Source: a virus
Taxonomy: Duplodnaviria; Caudoviricetes
DNA length: 32,048 nt
IMG/VR virus record: IMGVR_UViG_3300037465_000244
Span: 1-32,048 of that record
Reading direction: 5' to 3' (one strand)
Shown here: positions 17,802 through 25,420 of the stretch, one piece after another
Layout of the letters: each line of letters opens with the position of its first letter
Position numbering within the stretch: the stretch's first letter is position 1
The notes under the pieces: model-generated
Databases searched by the model: none
What the model was told of the DNA's origin: nothing
What the model saw: the letters and a program-made list of their open reading frames with translations, nothing else
Position numbers and translations under genes: made by a program

Positions 17802-18631
17802 GCGTGACGCTGTGGATCGACACCGACGCGGACGAGACGGTGGAGCTGGGGCCGACGTTGCTGACGTACAAGGCGTTCGCGGAACTGAAACGGGCCGCCG
17901 GCCCGCGGTGGGAAACGGATTACCCCGACCTGGCCGGCGTCTTGACCCAGTGCGAGACGCAGGAGGACGCCGACCCGCGCTGGCTGATCGGCGTGCGCCG
18001 CCAGGCGGCAGCCCTGCTCCGCACGGCGGGGGCGCGCCTGTCGCCCGACGCCAGAGACCTCGCCGAAACGCTGGCGTCCGCCGGGTCTTCGCCGACGCCA
18101 GACCCGGAAGAGGCGGCCGACGCGCTCAACCTGGCCCACGCCGACGCGGCGTCTGGGCTGCGTGACGCTGACCGGCCGGAGGTCGCCGGGGCGTCGCCGG
18201 ACCCCGCGTCGCAGCCGGACCACCCGTCCAGCGGCAAGACGGCCGCCCAGATCCGCGACGACCTGGTCAACTACCACGCCGGCACCATGGGCAAGTACGG
18301 CCTCAACCCGCGCGGGTACGACCGGGACAACTACCCGCCTGGCGTTGACGGCCCGGCGGTGTCCAACGCCGTCGTCACCGCGGTCAAGGCCGCGAAGGCG
18401 AAGAGCTCGTTCGCCCAGCCGACCATCAAGGATCTCTACCCGGCGGCGCGCGAGGCCTCGCCCGGCCTGACGGTCCACCAGTTCCACGGCGTGCTAGCCA
18501 AGATGTACAAGGACCGCCAGATCTGGCTCCGGCCGCACACGCTGGCGGCATCGACCATCCGGGACGAGGATGTCTGGTACATGATGCCGCTCGACGCCGA
18601 GCGAAAATGGTTCGTGGACGATCTGGCGTAG
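17798..18631 (+). CDS. Two-domain protein: candidate immunity N-domain plus winged-helix-like C-domain
   Basis: GTGA coupling to the nuclease; C-terminal 'TIKDLY...LTVHQFHGVLAKMYKDRQIWL'. Confidence 0.6.
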   Translation: MSVTLWIDTDADETVELGPTLLTYKAFAELKRAAGPRWETDYPDLAGVLTQCETQEDADPRWLIGVRRQAAALLRTAGARLSPDARDLAETLASAGSSPTPDPEEAADALNLAHADAASGLRDADRPEVAGASPDPASQPDHPSSGKTAAQIRDDLVNYHAGTMGKYGLNPRGYDRDNYPPGVDGPAVSNAVVTAVKAAKAKSSFAQPTIKDLYPAAREASPGLTVHQFHGVLAKMYKDRQIWLRPHTLAASTIRDEDVWYMMPLDAERKWFVDDLA

Positions 18632-18643
18632 GGAGGGTAGCCG

Positions 18644-18835
18644 GTGGGTGAGGCCAGGTCGCAGGGCGGCCCGCCCCGGCGCGGCATCCGCTGCCCCCGG
18701 TGCGGCCCCGGCCAGCTGGGGGTGATCCGCACCCTGCCGCTCCCCGGCGGGCGGGTCCGCCGCTACCGCCGATGCGGGCGGTGCGGCGAGGTCGTCATCA
18801 CGCTGGAATCGCCGGCCAAAGGAGAGACGCCATGA
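18644..18835 (+). CDS. Zinc-ribbon protein (Ogr/Delta- or NrdR-N-like), possible late-gene regulator
   Basis: 'CPRCG...VIRT...RVRRYRRCGRCG'; GGGAGG RBS. Confidence 0.65.
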   Translation: MGEARSQGGPPRRGIRCPRCGPGQLGVIRTLPLPGGRVRRYRRCGRCGEVVITLESPAKGETP

Positions 18836-19194
18836 CCCTGGAGGAGGCTTTCAGTCTTCGGCGTGGCGATGTCGTGGAGACCCGCATCACCGGGTCCAGG
18901 GGGTGGCTGCCTGTCGAGGTTGTCGGCTTTGGCTACAGGAGCAATCGTGTTGCCGATGTCCTGGTGAAGGTGCGCCGCCCGGGCCGGATGGCCTCCGGCC
19001 GCATCTTTCCGTCCTTCTGGCGGGCACCGCTGAGCCTGCGGCGTCCCGACCGGCTGGACCCCGTGCCGGCCAACGTTTACGCGGATTGGCTGGAGGAGCA
19101 CGGGTTCAGCGCGGCGGCGGCCGCGCTGCGGAAAGAATTCCCGCTCGCCACGGGCAAGCCCTCGACGGTGCCGTCGAGGGCCTCGAACTCCTAG
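18832..19194 (+). CDS. Hypothetical protein with C-terminal TIGR02996-like motif
   Basis: AGGAG RBS, ATGA overlap; 'ANVYADWLEEHG'. Confidence 0.7.
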   Translation: MTLEEAFSLRRGDVVETRITGSRGWLPVEVVGFGYRSNRVADVLVKVRRPGRMASGRIFPSFWRAPLSLRRPDRLDPVPANVYADWLEEHGFSAAAAALRKEFPLATGKPSTVPSRASNS

Positions 19195-19249
19195 TCGCCA
19201 AATAGTGTTCTACTAATGCACAACCGCCCTCACGCCGCCGCCCAGACGC

Positions 19250-19279
19250 TTGCATCAGGACGGCGGTCAGCGGTAGGAT
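19250..19279 (+). promoter_or_regulatory. Candidate promoter for the head operon
   Basis: TTGCAT-18 bp-TAGGAT, about 10 nt before the structured leader. Confidence 0.5.
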
Positions 19280-19288
19280 TGACATAAC

Positions 19289-19415
19289 AGGGGGCCGCGC
19301 CTCACGCGCGACCCCGCCCGCGGCTAAAGCCGGCTGATCCCCGGCGAGAAGCCTTACTCTTCGCAGACCCGGTAAGGGGGTCGCGCTGAAAGCGCGGCCC
19401 CCTTGCTTGTTTTTT
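19289..19415 (+). ncRNA. Structured leader RNA/attenuator candidate
   Basis: Nested perfect stems 19289-19300/19392-19403 (12 bp) and 19306-19315/19377-19386 (10 bp), internal hairpins, then a U-tract. Confidence 0.55.
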
Positions 19416-19465
19416 GCCCAGCGGGCCGCGCGCCCGCCGGGCGGAGCTTTGGGGAGGTGGGGCGG

Positions 19466-20587
19466 GTGGCGGTCGTGCGGCTGGCGGCCTGCGTGGACCT
19501 GAGCGAGGGCGCCTCGGCGTCGCGGGTAGACCGCGCCGCTGGCGTCATCAAGGGGGTCAAACTGCTCGGCTGGTCGAGCCAGAACGGCCGGACTTACGAC
19601 CCCGACGGTGTTGACCCGCGCCTCTACGAGGGGCGGGCGGTCAACTTCAACCACCACAGGGGCGCCGGCGACCGCTCGGTCTACGACCGCTTCGGCCGCG
19701 TCGTCAACGTCCGCAAGGCGGCCGACGGGCTGTACGGCGACCTGGAATACCTGCGGAGCCACCCCTACGCGGAGAGCGTGGCGGAGGCGGCTGAGCGGAT
19801 GCCGAACGTTTACGGCCTGAGCCACACCGCCCGCGGCGTGGAGCGGCCGGGCGGCGTCAAGGGCGGCAACCGGATCGAGCGCGTCGAGAGCGTGCAAAGC
19901 GTGGACCTGGTCGGCGACCCGGCGACGGTGTCCGGCCTGTACGAATCGAGGGGGGGCAACGTGAGACTCACCGTGAAGCAGCTTCAAGAGAAGCTGTCCC
20001 AGTCGCGCCCCGGCTATGCCCGCGCGCTGCGCGAGATGGCCGAGGCGGGCATCATGGCCCCGGCCGACGAGATGCCCGAGCCGGAAGAGATGGACGAGCC
20101 GGACGAGGCGGACGACCACAAGAAGGCCATCCTCGACGCCTGCAAGGCCTGCCTCGATGACGGGTCGCTCAGCGAGGACGAGAAGGTCGCGAAGATCAAG
20201 AAGCTCCTGGCCGTCCACAAGGGTGACGCCGGGACCGCCGGCGGGTCCGGCGTGACCGGGAAGGCAGGCGAGGGGAGTGAGGGCTACTCGGCGGCAGAGT
20301 CGAGGAAGCTGGCCGACCGGCTGAACCTGCTGGAGGCCCGCGAGCGGCTGCGGGCGGCGGCCGACGAGGCCGCCGTCAGGCTGCCGAAGTCGCTGATCGA
20401 GCACGTCAGCCCGTCGATCACCGAGGCCGGCGCCAAGGCGCTGGTGGCCGAGCTGAAGGCGGCGAGCAAGGCCGAGGCGGCCCGGCCGAAGTCGGCCCCG
20501 GCCAGGGCCGTGACGGAGTCCAGGGGCGGCACTGGGTCCGGCGACCCGGACCCGAAGGCGATCGCCCGCCGCGTCCTGGTCGGCTAA
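19466..20587 (+). CDS. Prohead protease fused to scaffold
   Basis: 'SQNGRTY', 'NFNHH', 'GLSH', 'SVDLVGDPAT' protease motifs; acidic helical C-half; GGAGG RBS. Confidence 0.85.
   Translation: MAVVRLAACVDLSEGASASRVDRAAGVIKGVKLLGWSSQNGRTYDPDGVDPRLYEGRAVNFNHHRGAGDRSVYDRFGRVVNVRKAADGLYGDLEYLRSHPYAESVAEAAERMPNVYGLSHTARGVERPGGVKGGNRIERVESVQSVDLVGDPATVSGLYESRGGNVRLTVKQLQEKLSQSRPGYARALREMAEAGIMAPADEMPEPEEMDEPDEADDHKKAILDACKACLDDGSLSEDEKVAKIKKLLAVHKGDAGTAGGSGVTGKAGEGSEGYSAAESRKLADRLNLLEARERLRAAADEAAVRLPKSLIEHVSPSITEAGAKALVAELKAASKAEAARPKSAPARAVTESRGGTGSGDPDPKAIARRVLVG
19961..20587 (+). CDS. Nested in-frame scaffold protein
   Basis: GAGGGGGGG at 19948-19956 just before in-frame GTG, right after the protease domain. 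Confidence 0.45.
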   Translation: MRLTVKQLQEKLSQSRPGYARALREMAEAGIMAPADEMPEPEEMDEPDEADDHKKAILDACKACLDDGSLSEDEKVAKIKKLLAVHKGDAGTAGGSGVTGKAGEGSEGYSAAESRKLADRLNLLEARERLRAAADEAAVRLPKSLIEHVSPSITEAGAKALVAELKAASKAEAARPKSAPARAVTESRGGTGSGDPDPKAIARRVLVG

Positions 20588-20614
20588 GCGGAACACGAGG
20601 GGGGGCTTTGAGCC

Positions 20615-21334
20615 ATGGCGAACATCGCGCGGTACACCGCGACCCAGCTGAACCTGGATGTCGTCGAGATCTTCGACGACTTCACCGCCGACCAGTCCGA
20701 CCTGTTCTTCGTTGACACGATCACCGACACCGGCACGGCGCTGGTCGGCGATGAGGTCAACGGGGTGATGACCCTTACCCCGTCGGACGGCACCGTCGCC
20801 GACAACGACGAGGTGTACATCGCCTCGTCGAACGAGATCTTCCTGTTCGGCACGAACCGGGAGATCTACGGCAAGTGCCGTCTGAGGTGGACCGAGACGG
20901 CCGCCGGCGTCTACAACGTCGGCTTCGGCTTCATGAACGCCGTCGGGGCGGACTCGCTGATCGACAACGGCGGCGGCCCGAAGGTGTCCGGCTCGACGCT
21001 GGCGATCTACAAGGTGGACGGCGGGTCGGTCTGGCGGGTCGCCTCAGCCTGCAACGGCGTCTCGACCGTGACCGTGTCGGACCGGGCGGCGGTCGGCTCG
21101 ACCTGGTACGAGCTGGAAATCATCGCGAAGGATTGGGACGGCGTCTCGATGCAGGTCTACTTCTACGTGGACGGCACGCCGCTCAAGGACACGACCGGCA
21201 ATGTCATCAAGCACACCGTCGCCATCGCCAGCGCGACCGAGATGTCCGTCTGGGCCGGGGCCAAACTGGGCGCGGCCACGAACAACGACACCACCAAGAT
21301 CGACTTCATCCTGGGCCAGCAGACGCGAGTCTGA
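20615..21334 (+). CDS. Capsid-associated/decoration protein, concanavalin-A-like beta-sandwich
   Basis: 'IFDDF...WYELEI...VYFYVDG...KIDFI'; lies between scaffold and MCP. Confidence 0.6.
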   Translation: MANIARYTATQLNLDVVEIFDDFTADQSDLFFVDTITDTGTALVGDEVNGVMTLTPSDGTVADNDEVYIASSNEIFLFGTNREIYGKCRLRWTETAAGVYNVGFGFMNAVGADSLIDNGGGPKVSGSTLAIYKVDGGSVWRVASACNGVSTVTVSDRAAVGSTWYELEIIAKDWDGVSMQVYFYVDGTPLKDTTGNVIKHTVAIASATEMSVWAGAKLGAATNNDTTKIDFILGQQTRV

Positions 21335-21360
21335 CGCCGGCCGGACGGGGGAGGCTTTGC

Positions 21361-22563
21361 ATGGCGCTCAATCACGACAGGCTGGTCAAGGAGTACTCCG
21401 CCCTGTGCGAGTCGCGGGGGGAGCCTGCCGCCACGGAGACGTTCCGTGAGGTGTTCACCTCCAAGGCGATTCACCCCGGCAGCGTGGACCTCGGCTCGCT
21501 CTTCGAGGCTTGCTTCGGCGTCCACGAGTTCCGGGCCTGCCGCGCCGGCGGGAAGGACTACCTGGCGACCAACGTCATGGAGCGGGCGCTGACCGAGGCC
21601 GAGGGCGCGGTGGCGACCAGCGCATTCATGAATATTACTGGCCAGATCGTCTACAGCACGATCATGGACGCCTACAGCCTGGAAGAGACGGTTTTCCAGA
21701 AGCTGATCCCGGAGGTGCCGACCAAGTTCCTGCATGGCGAGAAGATCCCCGGCGTGAACCAGATCGGCGACGAGGCCGCGTTCCGGCCGGAGCTTCAGCC
21801 CTACGGCCTGGCCGGGTTCGGTGAGGACTGGGTGTTTACCCCGCCGCTCCGCGACACCGGCATGGTCGTGCCGGTGAGCTGGGAGGCGGTCTTCGCCGAC
21901 CGGACGAACCTGGTGCTGACGCGGGCCAAGGACGTCGGGCGCTGGGTCGCGCAGAACAAGGAAAAGCGCGCGATCGACATGCTCATCGACGAGAACGTGA
22001 CTGCCCACCGCTACAACTGGCGCGGGACCGTGATCGCGACCTACGGTGACAATGCCGGCGCCCACACCTGGGACAACCTGGCGGCCTCCAACGCCCTGGA
22101 GGACTGGACCGACATCAACACCGCCGTCCAGCTGCTCAACCAGATGACGGACCCGTACACGGGCGAGCCGGCCGTCTTCGAGGCGAAACATTTGGTCGTG
22201 ACCAAGCAGCTGGAGCAGACCGCCCGCCGGATCATCCGTGCCGGCGAGATCCGCGTCACGGTGCCCGGCTACGCGACGACCGGCACGCCGACCCAGACGG
22301 TCGCGCCCAACCCGTACAGCAACGCCTTCGAGCTGGTGACGAGCCGGCTGCTGGCGGCGCGGCTGGCGACCGACACGAGCTGGTTCCTCGGCGACGTCAC
22401 GAAGATCGGTCAGTACATGGTGGCCGAGCCGCTGACGGTGACCCAGGCCCCGCCCAACGCCCCGGAGGAATTCCACCGGCGCGTCGTGGCCCAGTTCAGG
22501 GCCAACGAGTACGGCGCCTACACCACGGTCCAGCCCCGCGCGGTCATCAAGAGCACCGCGTGA
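21361..22563 (+). CDS. Major capsid protein (HK97 fold, Mu gpT-like)
   Basis: 400 aa; 'GMVVPVSWEAVFADRT', 'MTDPYTGEP', 'KHLVV', 'WFLGD'; position in head operon. Confidence 0.85.
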   Translation: MALNHDRLVKEYSALCESRGEPAATETFREVFTSKAIHPGSVDLGSLFEACFGVHEFRACRAGGKDYLATNVMERALTEAEGAVATSAFMNITGQIVYSTIMDAYSLEETVFQKLIPEVPTKFLHGEKIPGVNQIGDEAAFRPELQPYGLAGFGEDWVFTPPLRDTGMVVPVSWEAVFADRTNLVLTRAKDVGRWVAQNKEKRAIDMLIDENVTAHRYNWRGTVIATYGDNAGAHTWDNLAASNALEDWTDINTAVQLLNQMTDPYTGEPAVFEAKHLVVTKQLEQTARRIIRAGEIRVTVPGYATTGTPTQTVAPNPYSNAFELVTSRLLAARLATDTSWFLGDVTKIGQYMVAEPLTVTQAPPNAPEEFHRRVVAQFRANEYGAYTTVQPRAVIKSTA

Positions 22564-22573
22564 CCCAAGGAGC

Positions 22574-23041
22574 ATGAGCCAGATGGCAGAAGCAGCAGTC
22601 AAGGACGCCAGGCCGCAGACGAAGGCCAAGGAGTCGCTCTTCGTGCCGGCCGACCGCCCGGAAGGCGAGATCCTGTCCTCGGAAGCCCGCCGGGTGCTGG
22701 TGACCTCGTCGGCCCCGAAGCCGGCTTACGTCCCCCTGATCTCGTCCGCGGCCTCGGCCGACGACCCGTACCCCGGCCCTCCGGTCGCCCCGGTCGCGGA
22801 CCCGAAAGGCCCGCGGGTCATCCACGAGAACGAGCGCGCCCCGGCCGGGTCGGGGCTGAAGCGCTACAAGATCAGGCTGCTCAACATCGGCGGGGAGCAC
22901 CCGTGGCGCTACGTCTTGGCCGCCTGCCAGGAGCAGGCCGAGAAGACCTACCACCAAGCGATCGGCCTGCCGGCCCTGGAAAGGATGTACGGCGACGCCC
23001 TGCCGGCGCCGCGATACGCCGTCCGTGAGCTGCCTGACTGA
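22574..23041 (+). CDS. Hypothetical protein after MCP
   Basis: AAGGAG RBS; codon bias. Confidence 0.65.
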   Translation: MSQMAEAAVKDARPQTKAKESLFVPADRPEGEILSSEARRVLVTSSAPKPAYVPLISSAASADDPYPGPPVAPVADPKGPRVIHENERAPAGSGLKRYKIRLLNIGGEHPWRYVLAACQEQAEKTYHQAIGLPALERMYGDALPAPRYAVRELPD

Positions 23042-23051
23042 GGGGTGTACC

Positions 23052-23270
23052 GTGGCGAGCGAGGCCGAGAATCTGCAAACGGCGATCGACAACGTCGCGG
23101 CCAAGCTGGCCGAGGTGACCGCCAACCCCAAGCCGAGCTACTCGATCGACGGCCAGAGCGTGAGCTGGGGTGAGTACTACCGGATGCTGACCGGGCACCT
23201 GAAGGAGCTCCGGGAGGCGAAGATCGCCGCCGACGGGCCGTTCGAGCGGAACGTTGTCGGCTGGAGCTGA
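23052..23270 (+). CDS. Head-tail joining protein (lambda gpW-like)
   Basis: 'KPSYSIDGQSVS' hairpin between two helices; 72 aa. Confidence 0.7.
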   Translation: MASEAENLQTAIDNVAAKLAEVTANPKPSYSIDGQSVSWGEYYRMLTGHLKELREAKIAADGPFERNVVGWS

Positions 23271-23286
23271 CCGGAGGTGACGGCGG

Positions 23287-23730
23287 GTGGCCGAGTCACA
23301 GTACTGGCAGATCCTGAAGGCGGCGCAAGCCGCCGTGATGATCCTCCCGGAGTTCGTCGGGGTGTCATCCGCCATCCGCCTCCGGCCGTTCTGCTCGACT
23401 GAGCACGGGGACCGGCTGCCGTTCGCCTGCTTCTCCGGCTCGGCCGAGCGCGTCGGCCAGCTTTACCGGGCTGACCGGGCGCTGATCGACTACCCGGTTT
23501 ACCTGACTGTCTTCACGGCCAAGGGGCCTGACCTGGAGGGCGAGGAGGCGATGCGGCTGAAGCTCCAGCGGCGTGAAGCGGCCCGCCACGCGCTGTGGAG
23601 GCCGAGATTGCACCCGACGCAGGGACTGGCCCGCTACGAGCCTGACCCGCCCTGGGATTTCGGCGGGCTGGACAGGGCGTTCGATATCTCCGTCCAGATG
23701 TGGGTGTATTCCAACGACGAGCCTTGTTGA
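23287..23730 (+). CDS. Putative tail completion/terminator protein
   Basis: GGAGG RBS; size and position. Confidence 0.55.
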   Translation: MAESQYWQILKAAQAAVMILPEFVGVSSAIRLRPFCSTEHGDRLPFACFSGSAERVGQLYRADRALIDYPVYLTVFTAKGPDLEGEEAMRLKLQRREAARHALWRPRLHPTQGLARYEPDPPWDFGGLDRAFDISVQMWVYSNDEPC

Positions 23731-23752
23731 TGAGTGGGGGGGGGTGTAACTC

Positions 23753-24166
23753 GTGGCTGACCTGTCGATTACGGCGTCCAACGTCGCCCAGGCAACCGGC
23801 GCGACCGTGGACAAAAACTACGTCGCCGGTGAGACGATCACCGCCGGGCAGGCCCTCTATATCAAAGGGTCGGACGGCAAACTCTGGAAGGCCCAGGCGG
23901 ACGGCACCTCCGAGGAGGCGACCGTCTACGGGATCGCCCTCAACGGGGCCTCGGCAGACCAGCCGGTCGCCGTCCTGACCGGCGGGAACATCACGATCGG
24001 CGCGACGATCGCCGTCGGCACGGTCTACGTCGTCTCGGCGACGGCCGGCGGCATCGCGCCGTGGGCAGATCTGGTCAGCACCAACCGAGTGTCACTCTTG
24101 GCCTACGGGGCATCGGCGGGGGTGTTGACGATCAACAAGGTGGTGACCGGGGTCCAGATCCCGTGA
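23753..24166 (+). CDS. Small virion structural protein (cement/DUF2190-like)
   Basis: 'MADLSITASNV...AGETITAGQALY...GIALNGAS.DQPV' pattern. Confidence 0.65.
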   Translation: MADLSITASNVAQATGATVDKNYVAGETITAGQALYIKGSDGKLWKAQADGTSEEATVYGIALNGASADQPVAVLTGGNITIGATIAVGTVYVVSATAGGIAPWADLVSTNRVSLLAYGASAGVLTINKVVTGVQIP

Positions 24167-24196
24167 TCGGGGTCACTTAGCTAGGGAGGGGGCGTC

Positions 24197-24703
24197 GTGG
24201 CTATCGACGGGCCAAGGTCTGGGTGGGAGGCGCGGGTCGGCATCATCATGTATGACGCCTCCACCGGCGCGCTCAAGTCCGGGTATGTCTCAACCAGCAC
24301 GCCGCGGTTCTTCGCGGTCAAGCGGTGGAGCATGACCCCGGAGGCGCCGGGCCTTAACGCGGACAACACCGAGGGCAAGCCGGGCCGGCCCCTGGCGAAC
24401 CTGGCGCCGGGCTACGCGGCCAAAGTTCGCGGGATCAAGTCGTGTCGGGTGCGTCTGGAGCAGGCGACCCTTGACGACTCGGCCGACCCGTTCAGCACGG
24501 CCCCGGCCGGGGCCGGGTTCAACATCCGCGAAGGCGACTACATGAAGGTGTTCATCTGGCCGGACAGGGACAACTCCGGCAACACGGCCCTGGCCCACAC
24601 CGCCGAGGTCTACGTCGAGCGGGTGGACTACTCCGGCGAGGTCGGCGGCCTCCAGCCGGTGACGATTGAGGGCACCTCGGACGGCAACTACAACTTCGTG
24701 TGA
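24197..24703 (+). CDS. Tail tube (major tail) protein
   Basis: 'VKRWSM...DNTEG...VRGIKSC...TIEGTSDG'; precedes the chaperone pair. Confidence 0.7.
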   Translation: MAIDGPRSGWEARVGIIMYDASTGALKSGYVSTSTPRFFAVKRWSMTPEAPGLNADNTEGKPGRPLANLAPGYAAKVRGIKSCRVRLEQATLDDSADPFSTAPAGAGFNIREGDYMKVFIWPDRDNSGNTALAHTAEVYVERVDYSGEVGGLQPVTIEGTSDGNYNFV

Positions 24704-24713
24704 CGGGTGAGGC

Positions 24714-25163
24714 ATGTCGGAAATCGCGGCGACGTTGGGGCTGCCGGTGACGTTTACTTACGCCGGCAAGGAGTACCAGGTGGCCGGAAGAGACTTCACC
24801 GTCGAGGGGCTGTTCGTCACCTGGTGCGAGGCCAACGCCCTGAAGGCGATCCAGAGGCACAAGGAAGAGCTGGGGCCGACGGGCGTCGCCATCCAGATGG
24901 ACGGCTGGCGTCGGGACTGCGCCGCCCACGCCTACGACTGGGATGGCCTGGAGTGCTGGCAGGCCCGCATCAGCGTGCCGGGCCGGAAGCACCTGGCCGC
25001 CTTGCAACTCTGCAAGGCCGGCATGCCCATGCCGCAGGCCGAGGCTCTGGTGGATGAGGTGTTTGAGGATGCCGAGGCCCGGCAGGCCCTGGAAGACGCG
25101 ATGGTGAGGGCCGACGCCGACCCAAACCGGGCGCGCCGGCGCCGGCGGGCGGCGCCGGCGTAA
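24714..25163 (+). CDS. Tail assembly chaperone (gpG-like)
   Basis: Between tube and tape measure; slippery C-CCA-AAC at 25121-25127. Confidence 0.7.
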   Translation: MSEIAATLGLPVTFTYAGKEYQVAGRDFTVEGLFVTWCEANALKAIQRHKEELGPTGVAIQMDGWRRDCAAHAYDWDGLECWQARISVPGRKHLAALQLCKAGMPMPQAEALVDEVFEDAEARQALEDAMVRADADPNRARRRRRAAPA

Positions 25164-25417
25164 GGAGGCTCCGTTTCGTGACGATCTGCGCGATGCTGGA
25201 GGAGCGGGGATACCGGCGGGACCAGATCGCGACCATGTCGCGGTGGTACGCCCTCCGCGTGCTGATGCACCCGCGCAAGTCCGGCGACGGCGTTCAGCCT
25301 CTGGAGCCTCAGTACGCGCCCGGCCCGCCGGCCGACACCGACCGGGAGCGGCTGCGGCGGAAGCTCCTGCGGATGCGCTACCACGACAGCGCGATCAGGA
25401 AAATCCTGGGGGGCTAA
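25124..25417 (+). CDS. Tail assembly chaperone -1 frame extension (gpT-like)
   Basis: Open -1 frame from the slippery site into ORF 25178..25417. Confidence 0.65.
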   Translation, partial: KPGAPAPAGGAGVRRLRFVTICAMLEERGYRRDQIATMSRWYALRVLMHPRKSGDGVQPLEPQYAPGPPADTDRERLRRKLLRMRYHDSAIRKILGG

Positions 25418-25420
25418 CTC

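Noticed and set aside
19289-19415. tRNA or tmRNA
   Set aside because: No T-loop (GTTCRA) or cloverleaf spacing and no CCA end
20875-21360. N-terminal extension of MCP in the 562-aa ORF
   Set aside because: Arg-rich off-frame overlap of 20615..21334; GGGGGAGG RBS supports ATG 21361
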